A DNA stretch of 38,509 nucleotides, from sequence record DRR723986_10911; one strand, given 5' to 3'. Both the position numbers and the translations under genes were made by a program. How positions within the stretch are numbered: the stretch's first letter is position 1; every line of letters begins with the position of its first letter. Positions 1-8,755 of the stretch are shown piece after piece. Under the pieces are notes generated by a model that had not been told where the DNA came from, ran no database searches, and saw only the letters and a program-made list of their open reading frames with translations.

Positions 1-444
1 TTGCGCAAATCCATAAGCGATGAGGACGTCAAGGCTTATTACGAGGCCAATGTACTCGATCAAAATTTTCAGCAGTGGAAGGTCAGCTATTACCTGAGCA
101 ATGATCAAAGCGATGTTCAGCGAACCCTGGAGAAATTGAAAAAGGGGGAGAAAGATGCGCTTGATCAATTAAAGCCGCTGGTCGAGCAAGGTGATGGCTA
201 TGCATCAGCCCAAGCTTTGCCTTACAACCTGGGGCGAGTGGTATCGAAAATGAAAAAGGGTGAGTTCAGTGAAGTACTTCGATTACGAAATGGCCTTTTG
301 GTGTTGAAAATCGAGGACAGCAGGCAGCTGAAAAAACCCACTGTGGAAGAGTTGAAGCAAGACATTGTTCAGGCCCTTGCTTTGGAAAAATTCAACGCCG
401 AACTTGAGCATGCACGCAGGCAGGCCAAAGTGGAGTTGGGTTAA
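1..444 (+). CDS. Peptidyl-prolyl cis-trans isomerase / foldase (PpiC/PrsA-like), 5'-truncated by window edge
   Basis: ORF is open from base 1. 'ISDEDVKAYYEAN' and 'MKKGEFSEVLRLRNGLLVLKIEDSRQLKKPTVEELKQDI...RRQAKVE' match the C-terminal pattern of parvulin-type periplasmic foldases; divergent. Confidence 0.7.
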   Translation: MRKSISDEDVKAYYEANVLDQNFQQWKVSYYLSNDQSDVQRTLEKLKKGEKDALDQLKPLVEQGDGYASAQALPYNLGRVVSKMKKGEFSEVLRLRNGLLVLKIEDSRQLKKPTVEELKQDIVQALALEKFNAELEHARRQAKVELG

Positions 445-495
445 CTAAGTGAAGTCAACAAGGCTTGAGCAACACTGGTAATCAAGGAGAACGTT

Positions 496-1188
496 ATGAA
501 GTCTATTTCCAATCCCGCAGCCCTTTTGCGAAAGCAAAAACAGGCGGGTTTTATCCAGGCGGCTTTGCTGTTCGGCATTGCCTTGATGACAGCAGTGCTG
601 GGTGGTTTTGCACTGGCCAACCGAAGCCCCACCTCACAAACCGATGTGGAGCAGGCGAAAGTGAATGCGTCTGTAATTTTGAAACAGGCCAGTGATTTGC
701 GCGATGGTGTGGCCAGGTACTCGAGTGATTTTGGTTCATCTGCAGTACAAACATCACTAGATTTTTCGAACACCACCAACCAGGGGCTTTTCGATCCTGC
801 TGCCCGTTATGCCTCACCACAAATCATGCCGACTACCGCTTTTGCAAACGGTGAAGACACGACGATCAAGGCGCCTTCAGCGTTGTCAGCAGGTCATTGG
901 TACATCAACAAAGTGACGCCGGGCAAATCATTGGCAACCCCAAGTGAAGATCCGATGGTGATATTGCCAGGTCTGCGAGCGGACGTGTGCGGACGTGTGA
1001 ATACTCTGTTGTACGGCAGTGATGCGATCCCCGTTGCAGGAACCGCTTTGTCGGTGTGGACCACCGGTACCACTGATGCAGGAATTTCTGCAATCAGCAC
1101 CGCACCAGATCCGGCAGGCTGGCCAGAAGGTTGTATCGCGACCAGTGACGCCAAATATGTGTACTTCAAGGTGATCCAGGAAAATTGA
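496..1188 (+). CDS. Type IV prepilin-like protein (candidate major pilin)
   Basis: AAGGAG RBS. Basic leader RKQKQAG|FIQAALLFGIALMTAVLGGFALA (class III signal, G|F, hydrophobic helix, no Glu+5), then an amphipathic helix and a C-terminal Cys pair (DVCGRVN...EGCIATS). Followed by a terminator. Confidence 0.65.
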   Translation: MKSISNPAALLRKQKQAGFIQAALLFGIALMTAVLGGFALANRSPTSQTDVEQAKVNASVILKQASDLRDGVARYSSDFGSSAVQTSLDFSNTTNQGLFDPAARYASPQIMPTTAFANGEDTTIKAPSALSAGHWYINKVTPGKSLATPSEDPMVILPGLRADVCGRVNTLLYGSDAIPVAGTALSVWTTGTTDAGISAISTAPDPAGWPEGCIATSDAKYVYFKVIQEN

Positions 1189-1204
1189 ATCGCCGAGCTT
1201 CGCC

Positions 1205-1230
1205 AAGCCCGCAAATGCGGGCTTTTTTTT
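1205..1230 (+). terminator. Rho-independent terminator
   Basis: AAGCCCGCA-AA-TGCGGGCTT stem with a T8 run, starting 16 nt after the pilin-like stop. Confidence 0.9.
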
Positions 1231-1330
1231 CGCCCCTTTTCACCAAAGCAAGGGATGTGGGCTTGTATCCATTCACCCGTTAACCCGGTATGCGCAGAAA
1301 TCCGTGCAGGCAACCAAGGTGAACGAAATC

Positions 1331-1867
1331 GTGAACAGGAAAATATTTCTGCAACAAAGCGGATTCATCGCTTCCTACATTTTGTACGGCATTGGCTTGC
1401 TGGCCATTGTGGGTGCTGCCTATGCACGCTTGAGCACCAATACGCAACAGGGCCAATCGGTTCAGGACACGGTCAACGAAGTTGCAGTGCAGCTGGAAGT
1501 AATCAAAGGAAAAATCATGTTGTGCGCAGCAGTGTATCCCGATGGCGATCATGCTCAGTTCGATACACGCCACGCGTACCCGGCTCCGGCCACAGCGGGC
1601 AATGCTGCGCTTATTTCGGCTGTGGTCTGCCCCACGCCCAATGGTCCATTGTCGCTTGCCTTGATGCCCGATGGAATTCCATTGCCCGTCAGTCCGCCTG
1701 ACTTCGAGGAGTGGGTGTATGAACATACCGAGGCAGGTGGTATCCGGCTTCGTTTAATCCCGCGGGTTAACGCAGGCGCAGCTGCAGCCCGGGAACGTCT
1801 GCTCCGTCAGTACGAAGGGTCAGTCATGGCCAGCGGCGATGAACTGGTGTTTGCGGTTTTGAACTAG
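1331..1867 (+). CDS. Second prepilin-like protein (minor pilin / pseudopilin-like)
   Basis: RKIFLQQSG|FIASYILYGIGLLAIVGAAYA class III-like N-terminus, no Glu+5, two Cys. GTG at 1331 preferred (AAGGTG 9 nt upstream) over the ORF-track start 1304. Confidence 0.6.
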   Translation: MNRKIFLQQSGFIASYILYGIGLLAIVGAAYARLSTNTQQGQSVQDTVNEVAVQLEVIKGKIMLCAAVYPDGDHAQFDTRHAYPAPATAGNAALISAVVCPTPNGPLSLALMPDGIPLPVSPPDFEEWVYEHTEAGGIRLRLIPRVNAGAAAARERLLRQYEGSVMASGDELVFAVLN

Positions 1868-1875
1868 AGGTTCGC

Positions 1876-4800
1876 ATGAAGAACAACAACAGCAAAATTA
1901 GCCCGGTCAGTTTTACACCGAAACCTCTGGTGGTAGCTGTGAAGCATGCTTTACCTTTTCTGGTTGCAATTGGTTTGGGTGCTGCTGTCAATTCGCCCGC
2001 GGTGGGTCGTTCGGGCGATTCTGCTGCCGCTTTTACCGCGACACAGTTAATCCGCCAATTCACCTTGAAAAATACCGTGGCACAAGTAAGCCAAGGTATG
2101 CAGGGCTATGTGAGCGAGGTCAATGGCGTACTGCGGGCCAATGAAATGGGGGGGCCAGTCAGTGGTTACCCGGTGGACATGGGCTCGGTTCCCTCATCGG
2201 TGAACATGCCTCAGCGAGATGGCGCTGGCCGACCTTTGGGTTACTGCGCTTGGGATAACAGCTCTTCCACATCCAACAGCAGTTTTCTGGCCGGGCAGGG
2301 TGTGGCCAATCCGCTGGTGTATGCCGTGGTATCACCTGGCCTGAATGGCAGCATGGAAACGAGTTGCGCTTTCATTCTTGCAAACCGCAGAGGCGTTGGT
2401 GACGATTATGTGCAGGTAACAGCGCCTTTCCAAGCATCTTCCAGGCAATTCAGAAGTGCCGTAAGTACCTATACACAATTAGCGACCCTACCCGGTGAAG
2501 AGGGTGATATCCGTTTGGTACTTGATACCAATAAATTGTATAGCTACGTGGGCGGTACATGGCAGCCGGTGGACGGCAGCAAATTCAATGACGATTCTGC
2601 GGCCAATGGTACAGGCGCAATCGCCTACACCGCAGGCAAGGTAACTGTGGCTGATTTTCAGGCTCAAAGCGCAACCATCACTGGCGCATTGTCTGGAATC
2701 GCTGCCACATTCTCAGGCAGCGTCACTGCCAGCAGTTTTATCGGCAACGGTGCAGCGTTAACTGATCTGAATGCCAGCAATGTGAACAGTGGTGTGTTGG
2801 GTGTTGAGTTTGGTGGTACGGGCGTTGATTCAAGCGCAGCTGCGCAGGGTAGTTTGCTGATTGGCACCGGTGCGGGGTTTGCTTTGGGTGCGATCAGCGC
2901 AGGTGACGGAATCGGTGTGCTCAACGGCGCAGGCAGCATCACGATTTCCAACACCGGTGTAATCAGTATCGCTGGCACCAACAACCAGGTGGTTGCAAGC
3001 GCCATGAATGGTGATGTAGTGCTCAGCTTGCCGCAAGACATTGCCACCACCAGCACGCCAACATTCGCAGGTGCATTTTTCAACGGCAATATTGATGTGG
3101 CGTCGATCAGCCAGGCAGGAGTACCCGCCACATTGGCTTTTCAGTATGCAAGCGACACTGGCTCAACCTTTTATGCCGAACCCAACCTGGGGCTGGGAAC
3201 AGGTGCATTGGCTGCACGAAAAAGTGCTGGCAATGTCGCCGTGGGTATCGACGTGCTGGGGAGAATGACCACACTCGGGTATTACGATGAATCGGGTACC
3301 TGGAACACGGGTGTGGGCTATCGGGCCCTCTACAGCAATGACTATGGCGATGAAAATACTGCCGTGGGTTACAAAAGCCTGTATGCCAACACCACCGGTT
3401 ACTACAATACTGCGATCGGTTCGCAGTCGATGTTATCGAATACAACCGGCGTGGCCAATACCGCTGTTGGTTACAACGCGATGCGAATGAACACCACCGG
3501 CACCGGTAACACATCACTCGGAGTGGCTTCACTGCACAGCAATACCACCGGTTTTCGAAATGTGGCGTTGGGCCGTGGTGCCATGTACTACAACACGACT
3601 GGTTATCGAAACGCCATGGTGGGTCAGGCTGCCCTGTATTTCAATACCGAGGGTCATCAAAACGCGGGTGTGGGCCAAGCATCCATTTATCTGAACACCA
3701 CGGGCTATTACAACGCATCAGTGGGCGCATATGGCTTGTATTACAACACCACCGGTGCCGAAAACTCGGCGTTCGGTGCGAACTCCCTGTTGGGCAATGT
3801 GAGCGGCAATCGAAACTCGGCGCTGGGTTATCAAGCCAATGTCTTGAGTGGCGCCTTGAATTACGCCAGCGCGATCGGTGCGGATTCGCGTGTGGGTACT
3901 TCCAATACCGTGGTGCTTGGTGCTCTGGGTGTGAATAAAAACCCAATCTATTCAACAATTGATGACCAAATTGTAATCGGCTCAACCGCACGCAACGATG
4001 CATTCCCAAATACAAAGTTGTACGTGGAAGGCAATGTGAATTTGAATGGCGATTTATATGCTGCCAATGCAACCTTCAGCGGTGCAGTCAACTTTCAAGG
4101 TGGTGTGCTAATTCCCACAGATCAAAAACTGCGCTTCGGCGGAGATTTTGAAAATTCGGACTCACAGTTCATTTATCGATCCAATCTTGCCGACGATCAA
4201 ACGTTGATGCGCGTGGTGATCGGCGACAATCCCAATTCCTTTGGTCATCCGCAAGCCGATGAATTTCAGATTGGTCGATTGGAAGGGGACCAACTCACTT
4301 ACACGCCGGTTTTTCGAGTGGCAGGCAACGGCGATACCCGCATTGCCGGCAATGTTGACATCAGTTCACTCAGCGTATCAGGGACACCCGCCACACTGGC
4401 TTTTCAGTATGCAAGCGACACGGGTTCATCTTTCTATGCGGAACCCAATTTAGGCATGGGTAACGGCGCATTGGCCGGGCGCAAGAATGCCGGGAATGTG
4501 GCTTTGGGCGACGGTGTGCTGGGTCGAATGACAACTCTGGGTTATGGAGAGGAATCAGGGACCTGGAATACGGGGGTAGGTTATCAAGCCCTGTACGGCA
4601 ACGATTACGGTGATGAAAACACCGCACTTGGCTACAAAAGCCTGTACAGCAACACCACCGGCTATTACAACACTGCGTCGGGCGCGTGGGCCATGTACGC
4701 CAATACCGAGGGCAGAAGCAACACAGCCACTGGCTATCGCAGCCTTGAAAGCAATACCAGTGGAAGCTTCAATGTGGCTTACGGTGCATACAGCCTGGGT

Positions 4801-7800
4801 TCAAACACCACAGGTGGCAGCAACGTGGCTGTTGGCGAGAGTGCTTTGTATTTCAACACCGATGGCGATTTAAACACTGCGGTTGGCAATTATTCAATGC
4901 TGTACAACAACACTGGCAGCTCAAATACAGCTTTGGGTGCCTGGGCCATGTACAACTTGAGTTTGGGTTCCTCCAATACTGCGATTGGGTCTTATGCCGG
5001 GTCATCTCTGGTCAACAGTCAATTGGTGACTGCCATTGGTGAATCGTCTGCACGCTCAGCCACCGGTTCAGAGAGTGTTGCAGTGGGTGTGTCTGCATTG
5101 TCTCAGTTTCAAGGCTCTTATCATGTTGCAGTGGGCAACAACGCTTTGGGCAGTTTGCTGACAGGTAGCTCAAATACAGCACTTGGTCACTATGCAATGC
5201 CTTCGCTGGGCAGTGGCGATACCAACATTTCAATTGGCCATCGCTCGGGCAATACCGTCACAACTGGCAGCCGAAATATTCTGATCGGCGACCTGGCTGG
5301 CAATGGAACTTTGACCAGCAACAACAACATCGCTTTGGGCCACAGCACAACGATAGGCGATTCGCTCTCGTATGCTGTCACGATTGGCAATGACTCCTCC
5401 GTCACAACATCCAATACAGTGGTGTTGGGCCGCACTGTGGACAACATCGTGATGGGTGCGACTGGGGATGACGGCAGTGGTCACAAACTTCAGGTAACCG
5501 GCGGACTGCGTGCATCTGGCAATGTATTTCTCAACACGGGCGATGCAGCCAATTACACGCAATTGAGGGATCTGCGTGTCATGTCTTCTGTGGATGATGC
5601 GGGTTGGGATCACCTTCGCATTTATACGCGGGGTCGGAAAACGTCGATTGATGCAGGTGGTGCAGAAGATGGCCTGGTGTTCCGGGTGGGTCAGGGCAAT
5701 TCAGGTGGTGTAGGTGATCAAACTTACAACACAGTGCTTACATTGAAACCCGATCAATCGGCGGTGTTTGCAGGCCGCGTCGATGTACAAAGCCTTTATG
5801 TCAACGGGGAGCAAGTCGCGCCCGTCAACAAGGCCAATATTGATGCGGCACTCACCTTTGCAAGTACGGTGGGTGCAGCCTACCCGCAAAGCAGTTTGGC
5901 CCTGGGAGTTAATGCGCTAGATGCAGACCCACGCGCAGGCAATATTGCGATCGGTGAAGGGGTGCTGACCAGTTTGTCGCCCAGTGCAATCAACACCGAA
6001 GGAATTTTCAACACAGGTGTGGGTTTCAATGCGCTCACCCTGAACAGCACAGGTTCAAACAATACCGCGGTAGGCACCTACACATTAAACCGTAACACCT
6101 CTGGTTACAGCAACACTGCCATGGGTGTTTACGCGATGGTCAACACCACAACCGGCTTTGACAACGTAGGTGTCGGTGTCAATGCACTTAATTTGAACAG
6201 CACAGGAAGTCGTAACAATGCCGTGGGTGTGAACGCCTTGTATAGCAACAGTACGGGTGCGCAAAACAATGTGTTGGGTACGAACGCCATGTTTTCGAAT
6301 ACGACGGGTTATCAAAACGTGGCAGTGGGCGACAACGCTTTGTACACCAACTCCGTGGGTTACCAGAACGTGGCTGTGGGTCCCGATGCCTTGTACAACA
6401 ACACCACTGGTTACCAAAACATCGCGATTGGCTACAATGCGCAACGCAATACAACATCCGGATATAGAAATACCGCAGCAGGTGCCAATGCGCTGTTAAA
6501 CAACACAGACGGTTTTCAAAACAGTGCGTTTGGTGCAAATGCACTGCTGGCGAATACCAGTGGCGATTACAACAGTGCATTTGGTACCAATAGCATGTTG
6601 AGTAACACCCTGGGTGAGCGAAATGTCGCAACCGGTTTCAATGCGTTGCAAGCCAATACAACAGGCTCCAGCAACGTAGCCGTGGGTGTTAACGCCATGC
6701 TTAAAAACACCACTGGCAACGAAAACACTGCAGTGGGTGACAATGCCTTGTTCGAGAACACCACAGGCCACTCCAATGCGGCGGTGGGTCGAGGTGCCTT
6801 GTACAACAACACCACTGGTTACTACAACATTGCGGTAGGCCGAAATGCCTTGCTCACCAACAGCACCGGTTACAACAACAGTGCCTTGGGCTACAACAGC
6901 CTTATTTTCAATACCACCGGGTACAATAACTCGGCTCTGGGGCGCAACACCTTGCAGAACAACACTACAGGTCTGAACAACACAGCCTTGGGCACTTATT
7001 CCATGTTCGGCAGTACGACAGGTATTGACAATACTGCAGTGGGCTTGAATTCTTTGTACTCCAACACCACGGGTAATTCCAACGTGTCTTTGGGTATGAA
7101 TGCCCTGTTTGGCAATGCAACGGGCAGTTACAACATGGGGTTGGGGCGGTCAAGTGATGTGTTGCTGAATAACCTGAACTATGCCTCCGCAATCGGCGCA
7201 TTTGCCCGGGTCACTACGTCGAATACGCTGGTGTTGGGTGCTTTGGGTGCGGGCAAAGACGGTGTTGTCTCTTCCGTGAATGATCAAGTGGTGATTGGTA
7301 CAACATCGCGCAACGACACCATTTCCAATACCATTTTTCACGTCGCGGGCATTTCCAATTTTACGTCCACGCTGTATGCAACGGGGGGTGCTCAAATTTC
7401 CACCAACCATTCGTTACACTTTGGACCAGACTCGGAGTCCACCGATAGATTGTCCATTTATCGTTTTAATCCGGCGTTTGATCAATCAATCTTGCGAATA
7501 TCCATCGGCGACAATATCAAAACCTTTGGTGAGGCAACCGGAGATGAATTGCAGGTCGGGCGACTCAACCCGGATAACTCTTTCAATCCTGTATTCCGCG
7601 TAGCAGGCAATGGCGATGTCATCGCCAGTGGTTACATGCAAGCCACAGCCTTCAACGTCAGTTCCGATCGCCGGCTTAAAACCAATATTCAGGCGCAAGA
7701 TTCCAGTTCTGTTTTAAGCAGGCTTGAGCAATTGCAAACCTACAGTTACGAGTATTTGTCCAATCCCAACCTGGGGCGTCGAATTGGTGTCATTGCCCAG

Positions 7801-8682
7801 GAAATTCAGGGCCTGTTTCCTGAGGCTGTTGCTACACGTGCCGATGGCATGATGTCGGTGGACTACAGCGCTTTGGGTGCCATGGCGGCCATGGGCGTTG
7901 GCCAGTTAAGCAAGCAGGTCAAAGTACTCGACAAAACAGTGGCAGATCAAGGCCAGCGAATTGCAGTGCTGGACGACCGCATCAACCAGCATGACACCCG
8001 CATCACCTCGCTTGAAGGTTGGAAAGTGGAGGCCGGCAAACGCATGGATGAGATGCACAATGCAATTGATCTGAATATCCAGAAAATCGCGGCCAATACA
8101 GTGGCCATTCAAACCAATTCAGTCGCAATTGAGCGGCTGGACGACGCCTTGTTCACGCTGGATGGACAGGTGAAAAACAATTCAGATTTGATCAACAACA
8201 TCAATTCACGCTGGGCAAAAAACTTCAGCGAGTCTGCAGACGGTTCGCTCCTGACCGTGAATGCAGTTGAGTTGAAGGTCAGCAATTTCACAGCGCAGCA
8301 GTTGCGTACAAATTCAGTGTATTCGCAACGGCTTGAAGCTGAAATGGCCCGAATTGCAGACCTGGAAGTGAATAACTTAAAGGCCAATTCTGCTGTAGCC
8401 AACACGGTGCGGGCCGAACAAGTGAATACCGGTTCGGCTCAGGTTTATGCCGGGGTGGGTTCACCCGCTGTGCTATTTGCTGCCAAATCAGATGGTCACT
8501 ACACCGTCAGTACCAGCGCACTCGATGGCAGCTATGCCACTGCAACCGTGATCGTGAATGCCGGGCAAGCCAAAGTGGTGTCGGTGGCCAGCGAGGGCAT
8601 TGAACTATATGCAGAGGGGAATGTGGTGAAGGTGATTGCTGCTGGCAAATCGATCAAAGCAAGCTGGATCAAAATGGGGTAA
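1876..8682 (+). CDS. Giant (2268 aa) tail-fibre-like surface protein/adhesin with 17-aa beta repeats and a Peptidase_S74-like intramolecular chaperone
   Basis: GAGG RBS, hydrophobic N-terminal signal-like segment, about 47 copies of xN(T/S)AxGxxAL/MxxNTTG, S74 motifs SDRRLKTNI...GVIAQE...FPEAV...VDY, then a heptad coiled coil. Confidence 0.85.
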   Translation: MKNNNSKISPVSFTPKPLVVAVKHALPFLVAIGLGAAVNSPAVGRSGDSAAAFTATQLIRQFTLKNTVAQVSQGMQGYVSEVNGVLRANEMGGPVSGYPVDMGSVPSSVNMPQRDGAGRPLGYCAWDNSSSTSNSSFLAGQGVANPLVYAVVSPGLNGSMETSCAFILANRRGVGDDYVQVTAPFQASSRQFRSAVSTYTQLATLPGEEGDIRLVLDTNKLYSYVGGTWQPVDGSKFNDDSAANGTGAIAYTAGKVTVADFQAQSATITGALSGIAATFSGSVTASSFIGNGAALTDLNASNVNSGVLGVEFGGTGVDSSAAAQGSLLIGTGAGFALGAISAGDGIGVLNGAGSITISNTGVISIAGTNNQVVASAMNGDVVLSLPQDIATTSTPTFAGAFFNGNIDVASISQAGVPATLAFQYASDTGSTFYAEPNLGLGTGALAARKSAGNVAVGIDVLGRMTTLGYYDESGTWNTGVGYRALYSNDYGDENTAVGYKSLYANTTGYYNTAIGSQSMLSNTTGVANTAVGYNAMRMNTTGTGNTSLGVASLHSNTTGFRNVALGRGAMYYNTTGYRNAMVGQAALYFNTEGHQNAGVGQASIYLNTTGYYNASVGAYGLYYNTTGAENSAFGANSLLGNVSGNRNSALGYQANVLSGALNYASAIGADSRVGTSNTVVLGALGVNKNPIYSTIDDQIVIGSTARNDAFPNTKLYVEGNVNLNGDLYAANATFSGAVNFQGGVLIPTDQKLRFGGDFENSDSQFIYRSNLADDQTLMRVVIGDNPNSFGHPQADEFQIGRLEGDQLTYTPVFRVAGNGDTRIAGNVDISSLSVSGTPATLAFQYASDTGSSFYAEPNLGMGNGALAGRKNAGNVALGDGVLGRMTTLGYGEESGTWNTGVGYQALYGNDYGDENTALGYKSLYSNTTGYYNTASGAWAMYANTEGRSNTATGYRSLESNTSGSFNVAYGAYSLGSNTTGGSNVAVGESALYFNTDGDLNTAVGNYSMLYNNTGSSNTALGAWAMYNLSLGSSNTAIGSYAGSSLVNSQLVTAIGESSARSATGSESVAVGVSALSQFQGSYHVAVGNNALGSLLTGSSNTALGHYAMPSLGSGDTNISIGHRSGNTVTTGSRNILIGDLAGNGTLTSNNNIALGHSTTIGDSLSYAVTIGNDSSVTTSNTVVLGRTVDNIVMGATGDDGSGHKLQVTGGLRASGNVFLNTGDAANYTQLRDLRVMSSVDDAGWDHLRIYTRGRKTSIDAGGAEDGLVFRVGQGNSGGVGDQTYNTVLTLKPDQSAVFAGRVDVQSLYVNGEQVAPVNKANIDAALTFASTVGAAYPQSSLALGVNALDADPRAGNIAIGEGVLTSLSPSAINTEGIFNTGVGFNALTLNSTGSNNTAVGTYTLNRNTSGYSNTAMGVYAMVNTTTGFDNVGVGVNALNLNSTGSRNNAVGVNALYSNSTGAQNNVLGTNAMFSNTTGYQNVAVGDNALYTNSVGYQNVAVGPDALYNNTTGYQNIAIGYNAQRNTTSGYRNTAAGANALLNNTDGFQNSAFGANALLANTSGDYNSAFGTNSMLSNTLGERNVATGFNALQANTTGSSNVAVGVNAMLKNTTGNENTAVGDNALFENTTGHSNAAVGRGALYNNTTGYYNIAVGRNALLTNSTGYNNSALGYNSLIFNTTGYNNSALGRNTLQNNTTGLNNTALGTYSMFGSTTGIDNTAVGLNSLYSNTTGNSNVSLGMNALFGNATGSYNMGLGRSSDVLLNNLNYASAIGAFARVTTSNTLVLGALGAGKDGVVSSVNDQVVIGTTSRNDTISNTIFHVAGISNFTSTLYATGGAQISTNHSLHFGPDSESTDRLSIYRFNPAFDQSILRISIGDNIKTFGEATGDELQVGRLNPDNSFNPVFRVAGNGDVIASGYMQATAFNVSSDRRLKTNIQAQDSSSVLSRLEQLQTYSYEYLSNPNLGRRIGVIAQEIQGLFPEAVATRADGMMSVDYSALGAMAAMGVGQLSKQVKVLDKTVADQGQRIAVLDDRINQHDTRITSLEGWKVEAGKRMDEMHNAIDLNIQKIAANTVAIQTNSVAIERLDDALFTLDGQVKNNSDLINNINSRWAKNFSESADGSLLTVNAVELKVSNFTAQQLRTNSVYSQRLEAEMARIADLEVNNLKANSAVANTVRAEQVNTGSAQVYAGVGSPAVLFAAKSDGHYTVSTSALDGSYATATVIVNAGQAKVVSVASEGIELYAEGNVVKVIAAGKSIKASWIKMG
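3301..3828 (+). repeat. Intragenic array 1: ~10 copies of a 17-aa (51-bp) repeat
   Basis: WNTGVGYRALYSNDYGD / ENTAVGYKSLYANTTGY / ... in translation; degenerate at the DNA level. Confidence 0.85.
4564..5340 (+). repeat. Intragenic array 2: ~15 copies of a 16-17-aa repeat
   Basis: WNTGVGYQALYGNDYGD ... NNIALG in translation; second half more degenerate. Confidence 0.8.
6007..7146 (+). repeat. Intragenic array 3: 22 full copies of a 17-aa (51-bp) repeat
   Basis: FNTGVGFNALTLNSTGS ... SNVSLGMNALFGNATGS counted by eye in strict 17-aa register. Confidence 0.9.
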
Positions 8683-8755
8683 CCGCGAAGGGTGAAGTCG
8701 AAACCAGTCGGCTCGAATAATCTGGTGCTGTTCCTATCATTCTTCAAACGAAGGT

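Noticed and set aside
3085-4678. Duplicated segment as a DGR template/variable repeat pair
   Set aside because: Both copies lie in one ORF, differences are largely third-position and not adenine-specific, and no reverse transcriptase is in the window.
6007-7146. 51-bp periodic array as a possible CRISPR array
   Set aside because: Repeats are degenerate, in frame, conserved only at protein level, have no repeat-spacer structure, and there are no cas genes.
1876-8682. Giant protein as a YadA-like trimeric autotransporter
   Set aside because: Repeats are 17 aa rather than 14 aa, and the C-terminus (KASWIKMG) lacks the aromatic-ended beta-barrel anchor pattern; it has an S74 motif instead.
1876-8682. 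Prophage tail fibre or shufflon
   Set aside because: No capsid, tail, lysis, integrase or invertase genes and no invertible cassettes were seen; the protein has a signal-like leader and follows pilin-like genes.
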